Shown in pieces: positions 13,582-22,703 of a DNA stretch of 64,000 nucleotides. The position numbers and the translations under genes are program-made. A model generated the notes under the pieces. It did not search any database. It worked only from the letters and a program-made list of their open reading frames with translations, and was not told where the DNA came from. The stretch is taken from NCBI GenBank assembly GCA_965242865.1, contig CBDETK010000013.1, positions 800,001 through 864,000 of the forward strand, given 5' to 3'. Numbering within the stretch: the first letter of the stretch is position 1; each line of letters begins with the position of its first letter. Origin of the DNA: Candidatus Latescibacterota bacterium (GTDB lineage: Bacteria > Latescibacterota > UBA2968 > UBA8231).

Positions 13582-14943
13582 ATGCGGAGCAAAGAAGAGT
13601 TAAAGGCGGCGGCCTGCGCGGCCATCGACCAGCACAGTGCGCGGATCATCGGGCTGGGAGAAGCCATCATGGACCAACCCGAATTGGGCTTTAAGGAGGA
13701 CCAGACAGCCCACCGGGTCTGCGAAAGTTTTGCCGAGCTCGGCTTGCCGTACGAGCGGGAACTGGCACTGACCGGGGTGAAGGCCCGGCTCAAAGGACGC
13801 CCGGCCGGGCCGACGGTCGCGCTGATGGGCGAACTCGACGCGCTCATCGTGCCCGATCACCCGCGCGCCGACCCGGCCACCGGAGCGGCCCACGCCTGCG
13901 GGCACAACGCCCAGATCGCCGGGTTGGTCGGGGCCGCTTATGGGCTGGTCGAAGCTGGCGTGGGCGAGGAACTCGCCGGAGAAGTCGCGTTTTTCGCCGT
14001 GCCGGCCGAAGAGTACGTCGAGATAGACTACCGCTTGGGGTTGGTTGAGGAAGGCAAAATCGCGTTTCTCGGGGGCAAGCCCGAGTTGGTCGAACTGGGT
14101 CATTTCGACGACGTAGATATGGCCGTGATGATCCACACCAGCAGTTCCAGCTCGGCCCAAAGCGAGGGAGCGGTCGGAATCGCCCGGTCGTCCAATGGCT
14201 TCTTGGCCAAAAACGTGCGGTTCATTGGCCGGGCCGCCCACGCGGGCGGTGCGCCCGACAAGGGCGTCAACGCGCTCAGCGCGGCCACGCTGGCCCTCAG
14301 CGCGATTGACGCGCAGCGCGAAACCTTTCGCGACCAAGACTGCGTGCGGGTGCATCCGATCATTACGAAGGGGGGCGATCTGGTCAACATCATCCCGGCC
14401 GAGGTGCGGCTAGAAACCTACGTCCGCGCCCGCACCGCCGCGGCCATGCTCGATGCCGCGCACAAGGTCGATCGGGCGCTGCGGGGGGCGGCGGTCGCCC
14501 TCGGCTGTGCGGTCGAAATCGAAACCGTGCCCGGCTACCTGCCGCTGCACAATGATCCCGCCTTGGGGCAGCTTTTTAAGGACAATGCCGCGCGCATTTT
14601 CGGTGCTGATCAGTACCGGGATTATCCCCACGGCGGCGGCTCCACGGACGCGGGCGACCTCAGTCAGATCATGCCCGTGCTACACCCGGCCATGACCGGG
14701 GCCTGCGGCGCGGTCCACGGCCCCGATTGGCGCATCGCCGACCCGGCTGCGGGATACCTCGCTCCGGCCAAGGTCTTGGCCATGATGGCCATTGACCTGC
14801 TGTACGGGGATGCGGCTGCGGCCGCGAGCATCCTGCAAAATCACGTGCCCAACCTGAGCAAGGGCGAATATCTCCAACAGCAAAAGGCACTCTTTCACCG
14901 GGAGCACTTCGCCGGTGAACAAACCGGGAGGAATGCAACGTGA
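13582..14943 (+). CDS. M20 amidohydrolase (Acy1L2/AbgB-like)
   Basis: PELGFKE, GELDAL, HACGHN, PAEE, GSTD. Confidence 0.9.
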   Translation: MRSKEELKAAACAAIDQHSARIIGLGEAIMDQPELGFKEDQTAHRVCESFAELGLPYERELALTGVKARLKGRPAGPTVALMGELDALIVPDHPRADPATGAAHACGHNAQIAGLVGAAYGLVEAGVGEELAGEVAFFAVPAEEYVEIDYRLGLVEEGKIAFLGGKPELVELGHFDDVDMAVMIHTSSSSSAQSEGAVGIARSSNGFLAKNVRFIGRAAHAGGAPDKGVNALSAATLALSAIDAQRETFRDQDCVRVHPIITKGGDLVNIIPAEVRLETYVRARTAAAMLDAAHKVDRALRGAAVALGCAVEIETVPGYLPLHNDPALGQLFKDNAARIFGADQYRDYPHGGGSTDAGDLSQIMPVLHPAMTGACGAVHGPDWRIADPAAGYLAPAKVLAMMAIDLLYGDAAAAASILQNHVPNLSKGEYLQQQKALFHREHFAGEQTGRNAT

Positions 14944-15704
14944 AGCTCGGCATGGTGACCTACAACTTGGGCCGCGACTGGGATTTAGAGACCCTGATTG
15001 CCCATTGCGAAGAGACTAATTTTTCCGGCGTGGAGCTGCGGACTACCCATGCCCACGGCGTCGAAACATCGCTCAGTGCGGCCGAGCGGGGCGAGGTCAA
15101 GCGGCGCTTTGCCGACTCCGCGGTCGAACTGGTCGGGTTGGGCAGTGCCTTTGAATACGACGCGGTCGACCCGCAGGTGCTCCGCAGCCACATCGACGGG
15201 ACCAAAGAGTACGTGCGCTTGGCCCGCGATCTCGGCGTCGGCGGCGTCAAAGTGCGCCCCAACAACGTCCACGTAGATGAGGGGATCCCCATCAAGCAGA
15301 CCTTGGAGCAGATCGGCGTCAGCTTGCGCGAGTGCGGCGAATTCGCCGGCGACCTAGGGGTGCAAATCCGCTTGGAGGTCCACGGCCGCACGACTTCGGA
15401 TCCGGCCAACATTCGCGCGATCCTCGACTATGCCGACCACGACAACGTCTTCGTCTGCTGGAATTCCAATGCGACGGACCTAGTCGACGGGTCTATCGAC
15501 GGCAGTTTTGCCGCCTTGCAGGACGCCATTGCCTTGGTCCACATTACCGAGTTGTGGAGCGATTACCCGTGGCAGCGGCTCTTCGCGCTGCTGCGGCAGA
15601 GCGGGTACACCGGGTATTGTCTCGCCGAAATCCCCGAAAGCCCACAGCCGCTGCGGCTCATGCGCTACTATCGAGCCTTGTGGCAGGCCCTGGCCCACGG
15701 CTAG
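14940..15704 (+). CDS. Sugar-phosphate isomerase/epimerase (AP-endonuclease-2 TIM barrel)
   Basis: GVELRTTHAHGVE, IRLEVHG, VHITEL; GTGA coupling. Confidence 0.8.
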   Translation: MKLGMVTYNLGRDWDLETLIAHCEETNFSGVELRTTHAHGVETSLSAAERGEVKRRFADSAVELVGLGSAFEYDAVDPQVLRSHIDGTKEYVRLARDLGVGGVKVRPNNVHVDEGIPIKQTLEQIGVSLRECGEFAGDLGVQIRLEVHGRTTSDPANIRAILDYADHDNVFVCWNSNATDLVDGSIDGSFAALQDAIALVHITELWSDYPWQRLFALLRQSGYTGYCLAEIPESPQPLRLMRYYRALWQALAHG

Positions 15705-15707
15705 CGC

Positions 15708-16553
15708 ATGCCTGAGATCGCTTACGTCAATGGCCGCTTCGGTCCATTGGCCGAAGCCGTGGTATCGGTCGAGGACCGGGGCTATCAGTTCGCCGATGGC
15801 GTCTATGAGGTCGTTGCCGCTTACGGCGGATGCCCTTACGCCTTAGAGCCGCATTTGACGCGCCTCCAGCGCAACCTAAAGGCACTGCACTTGCCGTTGG
15901 ATATCCGCCAATACGGCCTTAGAGCCAAGCTGCTGGAGGGCCTTGAGCGGAGCGGTTTTAGCGAGGCATTGATTTACATCCAAGTTACGCGCGGGGTCGC
16001 GCCTAGGCAGCACGAATTTCCCGCGGTCCCGGTCGCGCCCACCGTCGTAATGACCTTTAAGAAGCTGCATGGCCGACCGCCGGCCCTCTACGACCGCGGC
16101 GTCGAGGTCATTAGCACCCAAGACTTGCGCTGGAAGCGCTGCGATATTAAGAGCATCGCCTTGCTGCCCAACATCTTGGCCAAACAGGCGGCCGTGCAAG
16201 CGGGGGCCTTTGAGGCCCTGCTGGTCGATGCGGCTGGCCGGGTCACCGAAGGGGCTTCGACCAGTGCCTTCTGCGTCCGGGCCGGCCGCCTGCATACCGC
16301 GCCCATCGGCTGCCACATCCTGCCGAGTATCACGAGGGGGATTCTCCTCGACTTGGCCCGCCAACTCGGCATTCCCATTGAAGAAGAATTTTGTACGCTG
16401 GCCCAATTTAAGGCCGCCGATGAGGTCTTTATTGCCGGCACGACCTTGGAGGCCATGCCGGTCGTGCGCATTGACGATGCCGTCATCGGCGCGGGGTCCC
16501 CGGGGCCGATCGCGCAGCAGATCCGCGCCGCGTTTCTAGATTCCCTGACCTGA
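15708..16553 (+). CDS. dat: Class IV PLP aminotransferase (D-amino-acid transaminase-like)
   Basis: EDRGYQFADGVYEV, YIQVTRGVAPRQH, RCDIKS, ILPSITR. Confidence 0.85.
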   Translation: MPEIAYVNGRFGPLAEAVVSVEDRGYQFADGVYEVVAAYGGCPYALEPHLTRLQRNLKALHLPLDIRQYGLRAKLLEGLERSGFSEALIYIQVTRGVAPRQHEFPAVPVAPTVVMTFKKLHGRPPALYDRGVEVISTQDLRWKRCDIKSIALLPNILAKQAAVQAGAFEALLVDAAGRVTEGASTSAFCVRAGRLHTAPIGCHILPSITRGILLDLARQLGIPIEEEFCTLAQFKAADEVFIAGTTLEAMPVVRIDDAVIGAGSPGPIAQQIRAAFLDSLT

Positions 16554-16568
16554 AAGGGCCGGGGGTAC

Positions 16569-16610
16569 AAAAAAGGGGGGGACGCTCAATCGGCGCGTCC
16601 CCCCCTTTTT
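16569..16610. terminator. Bidirectional intrinsic terminator
   Basis: AAAAAAGGGGGGGACGC-loop-GCGTCCCCCCTTTTTT between convergent genes. Confidence 0.85.
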
Positions 16611-16626
16611 GTGCCCGGCTAGCGGT

Positions 16627-18036
16627 TTAATGGATGACGACCATCTTGGTTTCGGTCATTTCCTCGACCGCGTAGCGAGGCCCTTCTTTGCCCATGCCGC
16701 TTTCCTTGAGGCCGCCGTAAGGCATCAGATCCGCCCGCCACTGCGTGCCCCAGTTGATGTGGATGTTGCCCGATTCGACCTGCTGGGCAAATTGGAGTGC
16801 CCAGTTGAGGTTCTCGGTGAAAATCGCGGCGCTGAGACCGTAGTTGGTGTCGTTGGCCATGGCGATGGCTTGGTCGATGTCGTCGATCCGGCTGATGCCG
16901 AGGGCCGGCCCGAAAACCTCGTCGCAGGAGACCTTCATCTCCGGGGCCACATCGGCGAGGACCGTTGGGGCGAACATCGTGCCCTCGCGGGTGCCGCCAG
17001 TGACGATGCTGGCCCCCGCGCCAACGGCTTCGCGCACCCAAGAATCGACGCGCTCGGCGTCTTGGACGCGGATCATAGGCCCCATTTTGACGTCGTCGTC
17101 GAGGGGATTGCCGGTCGTCAGGGCTTCGACCGCGGGTTTGAGGGCGTCGATAAAATCCCCATACACCGCGCTGCTGGCGAATACCCGCTGCGTTGAGATG
17201 CAGACTTGACCGGCGTTGGCAAAGCCGGTGTTGGCGGTGGCGGCCGCGACCTTGTCGAGGTCGGCGTCCGGCATGACGATCAGCGGGGAATTGGACCCTA
17301 GCTCCATGGTCACCTTCTTGAGGCCCGCGACCTGACAGATGCGTTCGCCCACGTCGCGGCTGCCCGTAAAGCTGATTTTGCGGACCTTGGCATTGGCACT
17401 GATCGCGTCGCCAATGACGCTGCCCGAGCCGGTGACGCATTGGATCGCTTCGGCCGGCAGGCCGGCCTCGAGGAAAATCTCGGTTAGTTTGAGGGCCGAA
17501 AGCGGGGTGTCGCTGGCCGGCTTGACGAGGATCGCGTTGCCGGCCGCCAGCGCCGGGCCGACTTTGTGGCAGACGAGGTTGAGCGGGAAGTTAAAGGGCG
17601 TAATGGCCGCTACGACGCCACAGGGGACCCGTAGCGTAAAGCCGAATTTGCCCGCCCCATTAGAAGCTCCGCTCAGGTCGAGGGTTTCGCCCGTCAGGCG
17701 CTTGGCTTCCTCGGCTGCGAGGACGATGGTCTCTTGGGCGCGGGCCGCCTCGCCCATGCCCTCGGCGAGAATTTTGCCCTCTTCGAGGGTAATTGTGCGC
17801 CCTAGGTCGTCGAGCCGTGCCAGCATTAGATCGGCCGCTCGATGAATGATCTGGTAGCGCTCAAAGGCACTCATTGCGGCCATGACCTTGGCGCCGCGTT
17901 GGGCCGAGTCAATGGCGCGGTTGATGTCGGCGGCATCGCCTCGGGGGACGGTGTCGACGACCGAGCCATCGTAGGGATTGACGACGTCCATGGCGTCGGC
18001 TTTGTCAACCCATTCTCCGGCAATGTACATCTTCAT
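16627..18036 (-). CDS. NAD(P)-dependent aldehyde dehydrogenase
   Basis: ITPFNFP, FTGS, MELGSN, AGQVCIS, EVFGP, PYGGLKESGMGKEG. Confidence 0.95.
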   Translation of the reverse strand: MKMYIAGEWVDKADAMDVVNPYDGSVVDTVPRGDAADINRAIDSAQRGAKVMAAMSAFERYQIIHRAADLMLARLDDLGRTITLEEGKILAEGMGEAARAQETIVLAAEEAKRLTGETLDLSGASNGAGKFGFTLRVPCGVVAAITPFNFPLNLVCHKVGPALAAGNAILVKPASDTPLSALKLTEIFLEAGLPAEAIQCVTGSGSVIGDAISANAKVRKISFTGSRDVGERICQVAGLKKVTMELGSNSPLIVMPDADLDKVAAATANTGFANAGQVCISTQRVFASSAVYGDFIDALKPAVEALTTGNPLDDDVKMGPMIRVQDAERVDSWVREAVGAGASIVTGGTREGTMFAPTVLADVAPEMKVSCDEVFGPALGISRIDDIDQAIAMANDTNYGLSAAIFTENLNWALQFAQQVESGNIHINWGTQWRADLMPYGGLKESGMGKEGPRYAVEEMTETKMVVIH

Positions 18037-18116
18037 GATCCAATTCCTTTTCGAGGTGGGTGGTAAGTAGAAAACAAGTTAAGTGCGAGCTTTGACCTGT
18101 CAAGCGCGGGTTGGGA

Positions 18117-19559
18117 TTAAAGGCCCAAGCGGTTTTTATAGGGCAAAGGGCGGCCCTCCGCATCGAGTAAGGGCTGCGGCGGTGCCTTCTTTTGGGTTAG
18201 CAAGCTGACGACGACCAAGGCGAGGGCGGAAAAAGGCACGGCCAAAAGGTCGGCCGGCACATTCGCTGACAGCAGCCCCAGCCCCTGCCAAGCACACAGG
18301 CCGACCGCAATGGCCGCTAAGGCCCCCGGGCCGTTGCTCTTGGGCCACCACAACCCAGCGGTTAGCGGCACGAACAGCGCGGCGAGGAGCACGGACCAAG
18401 AATTGACCATCAAGTCGTACACCGAAGCGGTGCGGAGGGCCAACAGCAACGAGGCCGCGCCCAAGAGGAGGACGGACCAGCGCGTCAGGCGCAGCGACGA
18501 CCGTTCCTCGGCCTCGGGTTTGAAGTAGCGCAGCACATCCCAGCCGATGACGCTGGCCGGAGCGAGCAGGGCGCTGTCGGCACTGGACAGGAGGGCGGAC
18601 ACCAAGGCCCCCATAAAGAGGACCAAGGCCAGATCCGGGAGGTACTTTAGCGCGAGGGCCATCATCACCAGATCGGGATCGGCCAAATCTGGCAGGACGA
18701 CCGCACCGGCCATGCCGAGAAAAACGGGCAACAGTCCGACCGTGATGTAAAGCAGCCCCGCGAGGTACGCGCTGCGGTAGGCCACTGTTTCGTCGCGGCT
18801 GGACAGACTGCGCTGGATTAGGTCTTGACCCGCTAGGTTGCCGAGGCCAATGACCAGCCAGTCGCGTGCGTAAACCAACCAACTGGTTGCGTCGCCGCGG
18901 GGGTAGAAATCAAAGCGGGAGGCCGGGATTGAGGCAGCGAGGGCCTCCCAGCCGCCCATGTCGCCGAGGAGGATCGGCGTCAAGATAAACAACCCCAGCA
19001 CGAGGATGGTCACTTGAATGAAGTCGGTTAGGGTGACGGCCCACATGCCACCGGCCCAAGTGTAAATCAGGACGATGACGGCCGCCGCGCAGATGCCGAA
19101 GGCGGGCTCGATGCCGGTCAGGCTCTGGAGAATCCGCCCAAAGGCGACCAAGAGCGCGCCCGTCCAGCCGACATAGGCGGGAATAGTGCACAGGCTGGCC
19201 AGCAGGCCCGCCCGCGGCCCGAAGCGGCTATTAAAAAAGGATGCGATCGTCATCAAGCCCATGCGCCGCAGCAGCCGCACGTACAACAGGCCGGCGATGA
19301 ACAGGCACAACGCCGCGCCAAAAGGGTCGGCAATGACCGCGAGGATGCCGCCTTTGTATGCCGCGCTCGCCGCGCCAATGCAGATGCCGCCGCCAAACCA
19401 CGTTGCCGCGAGCGTTGCCGTGCAGAGCAACAGGGGCAGGCGTTGGCCCGCGACGATGAAGTCCGCGGAGTTGCGGACTCGGCGGCCAGCGTATAGGCCA
19501 ATGCTCAGCATCGCCGCCAGATAGACAACCAAGCCGGTCAAGACCAATGGATTCGCCAT
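18117..19559 (-). CDS. Sodium:solute symporter (SLC5, choline-transporter-like)
   Basis: DFIVAG, ATWFGGG, GGMWAVTLTDFIQ, SALLSSADS; about 13 TM helices. Confidence 0.9.
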   Translation of the reverse strand: MANPLVLTGLVVYLAAMLSIGLYAGRRVRNSADFIVAGQRLPLLLCTATLAATWFGGGICIGAASAAYKGGILAVIADPFGAALCLFIAGLLYVRLLRRMGLMTIASFFNSRFGPRAGLLASLCTIPAYVGWTGALLVAFGRILQSLTGIEPAFGICAAAVIVLIYTWAGGMWAVTLTDFIQVTILVLGLFILTPILLGDMGGWEALAASIPASRFDFYPRGDATSWLVYARDWLVIGLGNLAGQDLIQRSLSSRDETVAYRSAYLAGLLYITVGLLPVFLGMAGAVVLPDLADPDLVMMALALKYLPDLALVLFMGALVSALLSSADSALLAPASVIGWDVLRYFKPEAEERSSLRLTRWSVLLLGAASLLLALRTASVYDLMVNSWSVLLAALFVPLTAGLWWPKSNGPGALAAIAVGLCAWQGLGLLSANVPADLLAVPFSALALVVVSLLTQKKAPPQPLLDAEGRPLPYKNRLGL

Positions 19560-19607
19560 GGCAAGGTCCTTTTTGAAAATTTGTTATAATAACCAACAGA
19601 GTGAAAT

Positions 19608-19643
19608 TGGCCAATGACGCCAGCCAAGTGGCGAATTTGGCCA
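19608..19643. promoter_or_regulatory. Paired enhancer (UAS)-like inverted repeats upstream of pspA
   Basis: TGGC-CAATGAC-GCCA (19608-19622) and TGGC-GAATTTG-GCCA (19629-19643), 21 bp apart, about 80-115 bp upstream of the sigma-54 site. Confidence 0.65.
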
Positions 19644-19721
19644 GTACTTAAGTGATAATTCGATCTACGTTTTTCTTATAATCTGATGGGCTGTAACAAA
19701 TTATGGATACGATAGCACTTT

Positions 19722-19737
19722 TGGCACGGTCCTTGCA
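19722..19737 (+). promoter_or_regulatory. Sigma-54 (-24/-12) promoter of the pspA operon
   Basis: TGGCAC-GGTCC-TTGCA, an exact fit to the consensus and spacing. Confidence 0.92.
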
Positions 19738-19791
19738 AGTTAGGACCCACACGCGATACACGCGATACGCTCCACTCACTCAAGGAGGGGT

Positions 19792-20469
19792 ATGATGGCT
19801 AAAGGAGCCTTAGGGAGGATAAGCGATATCCTCAAGTCCAATATCAACGAGATGCTCGACCGAGCGGAAGAGCCGGACAAGATGATCCGCCAGATGGTGC
19901 GGGACATGGAGGAGGCGGTCGGCAAGGCCACGGCCTCGGTCGGGACCGCGGTGGCCAACCACAAGCGGCTCGAGCGCCAGTTCAACGACAAGCAGGGCCA
20001 GATCGCCGAGTGGCAGCGCAAGGCCGAACGGGCGGTGGCTGCGGGCGAGGACGCGCTGGCGCGCCGGGCGCTGGAGCGCAAGGCAGTGCTGGTCAAAGCG
20101 GCCGAGGAGCTGGCGCCGGCCTTGGAGGAGAGTCGGCAGACGGCCGAGCAGTTGCGCGAGCAGCTCCGCGAGCTAAAGACCAAGCTCGAAGAAGCGCGGA
20201 CCCGCCAGGGCACGTTGGTCGCCCGCCACCAAGCGGCCCAAGCCCGCAAGCGGCTGGCCCAGAGCATTTCTGGCTTGGGTCAGGATGCCTTTTCGAGCTT
20301 TGAACGCTTTGAGCAGAAAGTCGCTGAGAGCGAGGCCGAGGCGGCCGCGCACGTGGAGGTTTCGGGCGAGATGGAAGATGTGGAGAAAGAAATCCGCCAA
20401 ATCGAGGTTGATCACAGCGTTGACGATGAGTTGAAAGCGCTAAAGGACAAGATGAAAAAAGATAAGTAA
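19792..20469 (+). CDS. pspA: Phage shock protein A (PspA/IM30)
   Basis: GRISDILKSNINEMLDRAEEPDKMIRQMVRDME, LARRAL, FERFEQKV, VDDELKALK. Confidence 0.95.
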   Translation: MMAKGALGRISDILKSNINEMLDRAEEPDKMIRQMVRDMEEAVGKATASVGTAVANHKRLERQFNDKQGQIAEWQRKAERAVAAGEDALARRALERKAVLVKAAEELAPALEESRQTAEQLREQLRELKTKLEEARTRQGTLVARHQAAQARKRLAQSISGLGQDAFSSFERFEQKVAESEAEAAAHVEVSGEMEDVEKEIRQIEVDHSVDDELKALKDKMKKDK

Positions 20470-20515
20470 TCCTTTGGTCCACAACGCATTAGGCGATATT
20501 TCTAGCAGGTGAGCT

Positions 20516-21031
20516 ATGAAATTCATCGACGAAGCCAACCTCAAGGTAAGCAGCGCCATCGAGAGCGGGTGCAAGCGTTTAGGTGCTCTGTTTCTCAAGG
20601 TGCTGGCCGTACCGATCGTGCCCATCGGGCTGGGACTTATGCTCTACGGGCTTTTTCAGATGCTTAGGCCCGCCGCTTCAGACCGCCATTCTTTTGAACT
20701 CTTCGCCGTTGGCGTCACGCAGGTCGTCTTTGGCAGCTTGCTCTGGCTGTTGGCCAAAAAACTCGATGCGGCCGCGCATCTGCTGCGCTACCGGCGGCAG
20801 CAAAACCGCGTCGTGCGCTTGGCCCGCCAGCGCGGGGGCCGCCTGACGGTGACCGAAACAGCGGCCGATACCGGGCTGACGGTTGAGGAAGCCGCGGAGA
20901 TTCTCAAGCGTTTGGCCGACGGGGGGTTTGTCGAGGTCGAAATAACCGATTCGGGCCTGATTGTCTATCGCTTTCCAGAAGTGCTTTTCGCACACGAGAA
21001 ACGCTGGAGCCGGGGCGTCGAAAGCGCCTGA
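20516..21031 (+). CDS. Membrane protein with 2 TM helices and a C-terminal winged-helix-like domain
   Basis: Two hydrophobic helices followed by RGGRLTVTETAADTGLTVEEAAEILKRLADGGFVEVEITDSGLIVYRFP. Confidence 0.75.
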   Translation: MKFIDEANLKVSSAIESGCKRLGALFLKVLAVPIVPIGLGLMLYGLFQMLRPAASDRHSFELFAVGVTQVVFGSLLWLLAKKLDAAAHLLRYRRQQNRVVRLARQRGGRLTVTETAADTGLTVEEAAEILKRLADGGFVEVEITDSGLIVYRFPEVLFAHEKRWSRGVESA

Positions 21032-21057
21032 GTCAGACCGGGAGGGAGCGTAGCATA

Positions 21058-21336
21058 ATGAGTGGGTTTTTGCAGATTGCCATTGGCGTCTGTTTCATCA
21101 TCTTGTGCAGCGGATTGGTCCGTTGGGGCAACATGTACTTTTCGAGCCGCAAGAGAGAAGATAAAAAAGCCAGACGAGAAGAGGATCGAATCGTCGAGCG
21201 GCTAGAGCGAGTTGAGCAGCGGCTGACCGAGGTGCAGGACGTGATGATCGTCCTCAGCGAAAAAATCGACCGGCTGGAAGGGGCCGGAGTTGAGCCGTGG
21301 TGTGCCAAGGACGACGAGAGCAAGGCTGGCCCGTGA
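21058..21336 (+). CDS. Small single-TM plus coiled-coil protein, PspB-like
   Basis: N-terminal TM helix, then ERLERVEQRLTEVQDVM; GGAGG RBS; psp context. Confidence 0.6.
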   Translation: MSGFLQIAIGVCFIILCSGLVRWGNMYFSSRKREDKKARREEDRIVERLERVEQRLTEVQDVMIVLSEKIDRLEGAGVEPWCAKDDESKAGP

Positions 21337-22688
21337 ATTGGCGCGACCGCGCTATAGAGGCTTGTGAAGATGCGCGGTGGGCCGAGGCCTTGGAGTGGTG
21401 CGAGCGCGGCCTAGCCGATGGGCCAGACGACTTGGAGCTTTGGCACTGCAAAGGGCGTTGTCTCTTGGAACTGGGGGATGAGCAAGCGGCCATGGCCGCG
21501 CTAAAAGCCGCCGCGGCGGGCGGGCATCTAGCGAGCCACTACCAACTCGGCTTGCTCGCCATGCGCCAAGGGCGGCGGAATGCCCGGTTCCGCGCCCGGT
21601 CCTTGGCGCACTTTGAGGCCATTGTGGGCGCGGCCGAAAAAGGGCGCGAATACCCCGACCTCGACCGCGTCTTTTTCGCGCTCGGCAGCCAGTACGGCGA
21701 AGAGCCGCAGCGGCGCGGTGAAGCCATCCGAGCGTTCCGCCGAGGGTTGGCGCTCAACCCGCTCTCGGCCGTTGGTCACAACAGCTTGGGCCAGCTCTTG
21801 CTGCAAAGCGGTCAGGTGTTGGGGGCGATGGGGGAATTCAAGGTCGCCATCCAACTCGACCCCAAGCTCAGTCCGCCCTACGCGAATTTGGCCCGTTTGT
21901 TTTTTTCCCACGTAAAGCTCGCCGAACTAGAACGAGAGTACCAGCACATCTGCGAGGAATTCGCGCAAAGTGCTCCGCAAGTTTTGGCGCGGTTGTCGCT
22001 GGAAATGGTCGAGTTGGGCAAGGAGCAGGTGTACGAAGGGTTTTACACCAAGGGCCATCGCATCAAAAACCTGATGGGGATCATCGGCAGCCGCTTGCGG
22101 GGCTTGGGGCGCAAGGCCGCCGGCGAGCAGCAGGGGGAGTTGAATCGCTTGGGAGGCGAATACGAGGCCCTGTACGACGAGTGGGTGGGGTTCTTAGAAG
22201 CGATGAAAACGGATAAAATTTTCCCGGCCGTGACCGATCTCGGGCGCTTGGTGCGCCGGGTGGCCGCCGGATTGGACCGCCCAACTTGGAAATCCGCGAT
22301 TCAGACGCGGGTCCAAGCGGGCTTGCCGCGCGTGGAGGCCGACGAGCGGATGTTGCGCGAGGCCGTTACCAACCTCTGCCTCAACGCGTTGGAAACGCTT
22401 GAAGAGGGACCCGGCGGCCGGGTGGTGCTGGGCACTGGCTACGACGAGGACCAGTCGCTGGCCTTTATTGAGGTTGAGGACGATGGGCCGGGCATTGAGG
22501 AAGAGCACTTGGAATTGATATTTGAGCCTGGATTTACCACGAGGGAGCGGGGCAATGGCTATGGCTTGAGCATTGCGCGCCGCATCGCCCAAGCCCATCA
22601 AGGCGTGCTGCGCGTCAAGAGCCGAAAGGGACATGGAACCGTTTTTCGGCTCGATCTGCCGCTCCATTTCGCCGGCAGTGCGCCCTAG
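21333..22688 (+). CDS. Cytoplasmic TPR-repeat histidine kinase
   Basis: TPR helices; H-box GHRIKNLM, N-box NLCLNA, G1 EDDGPGI, F-box FEPGFTT, G2 GNGYGL; no TM segment. Confidence 0.85.
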   Translation: MNWRDRAIEACEDARWAEALEWCERGLADGPDDLELWHCKGRCLLELGDEQAAMAALKAAAAGGHLASHYQLGLLAMRQGRRNARFRARSLAHFEAIVGAAEKGREYPDLDRVFFALGSQYGEEPQRRGEAIRAFRRGLALNPLSAVGHNSLGQLLLQSGQVLGAMGEFKVAIQLDPKLSPPYANLARLFFSHVKLAELEREYQHICEEFAQSAPQVLARLSLEMVELGKEQVYEGFYTKGHRIKNLMGIIGSRLRGLGRKAAGEQQGELNRLGGEYEALYDEWVGFLEAMKTDKIFPAVTDLGRLVRRVAAGLDRPTWKSAIQTRVQAGLPRVEADERMLREAVTNLCLNALETLEEGPGGRVVLGTGYDEDQSLAFIEVEDDGPGIEEEHLELIFEPGFTTRERGNGYGLSIARRIAQAHQGVLRVKSRKGHGTVFRLDLPLHFAGSAP

Positions 22689-22703
22689 GTACGGAGGACG
22701 GGT

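Noticed and set aside
19749-19766. ACACGCGAT x2 in the pspA leader
   Set aside because: Too short to support a function on its own.
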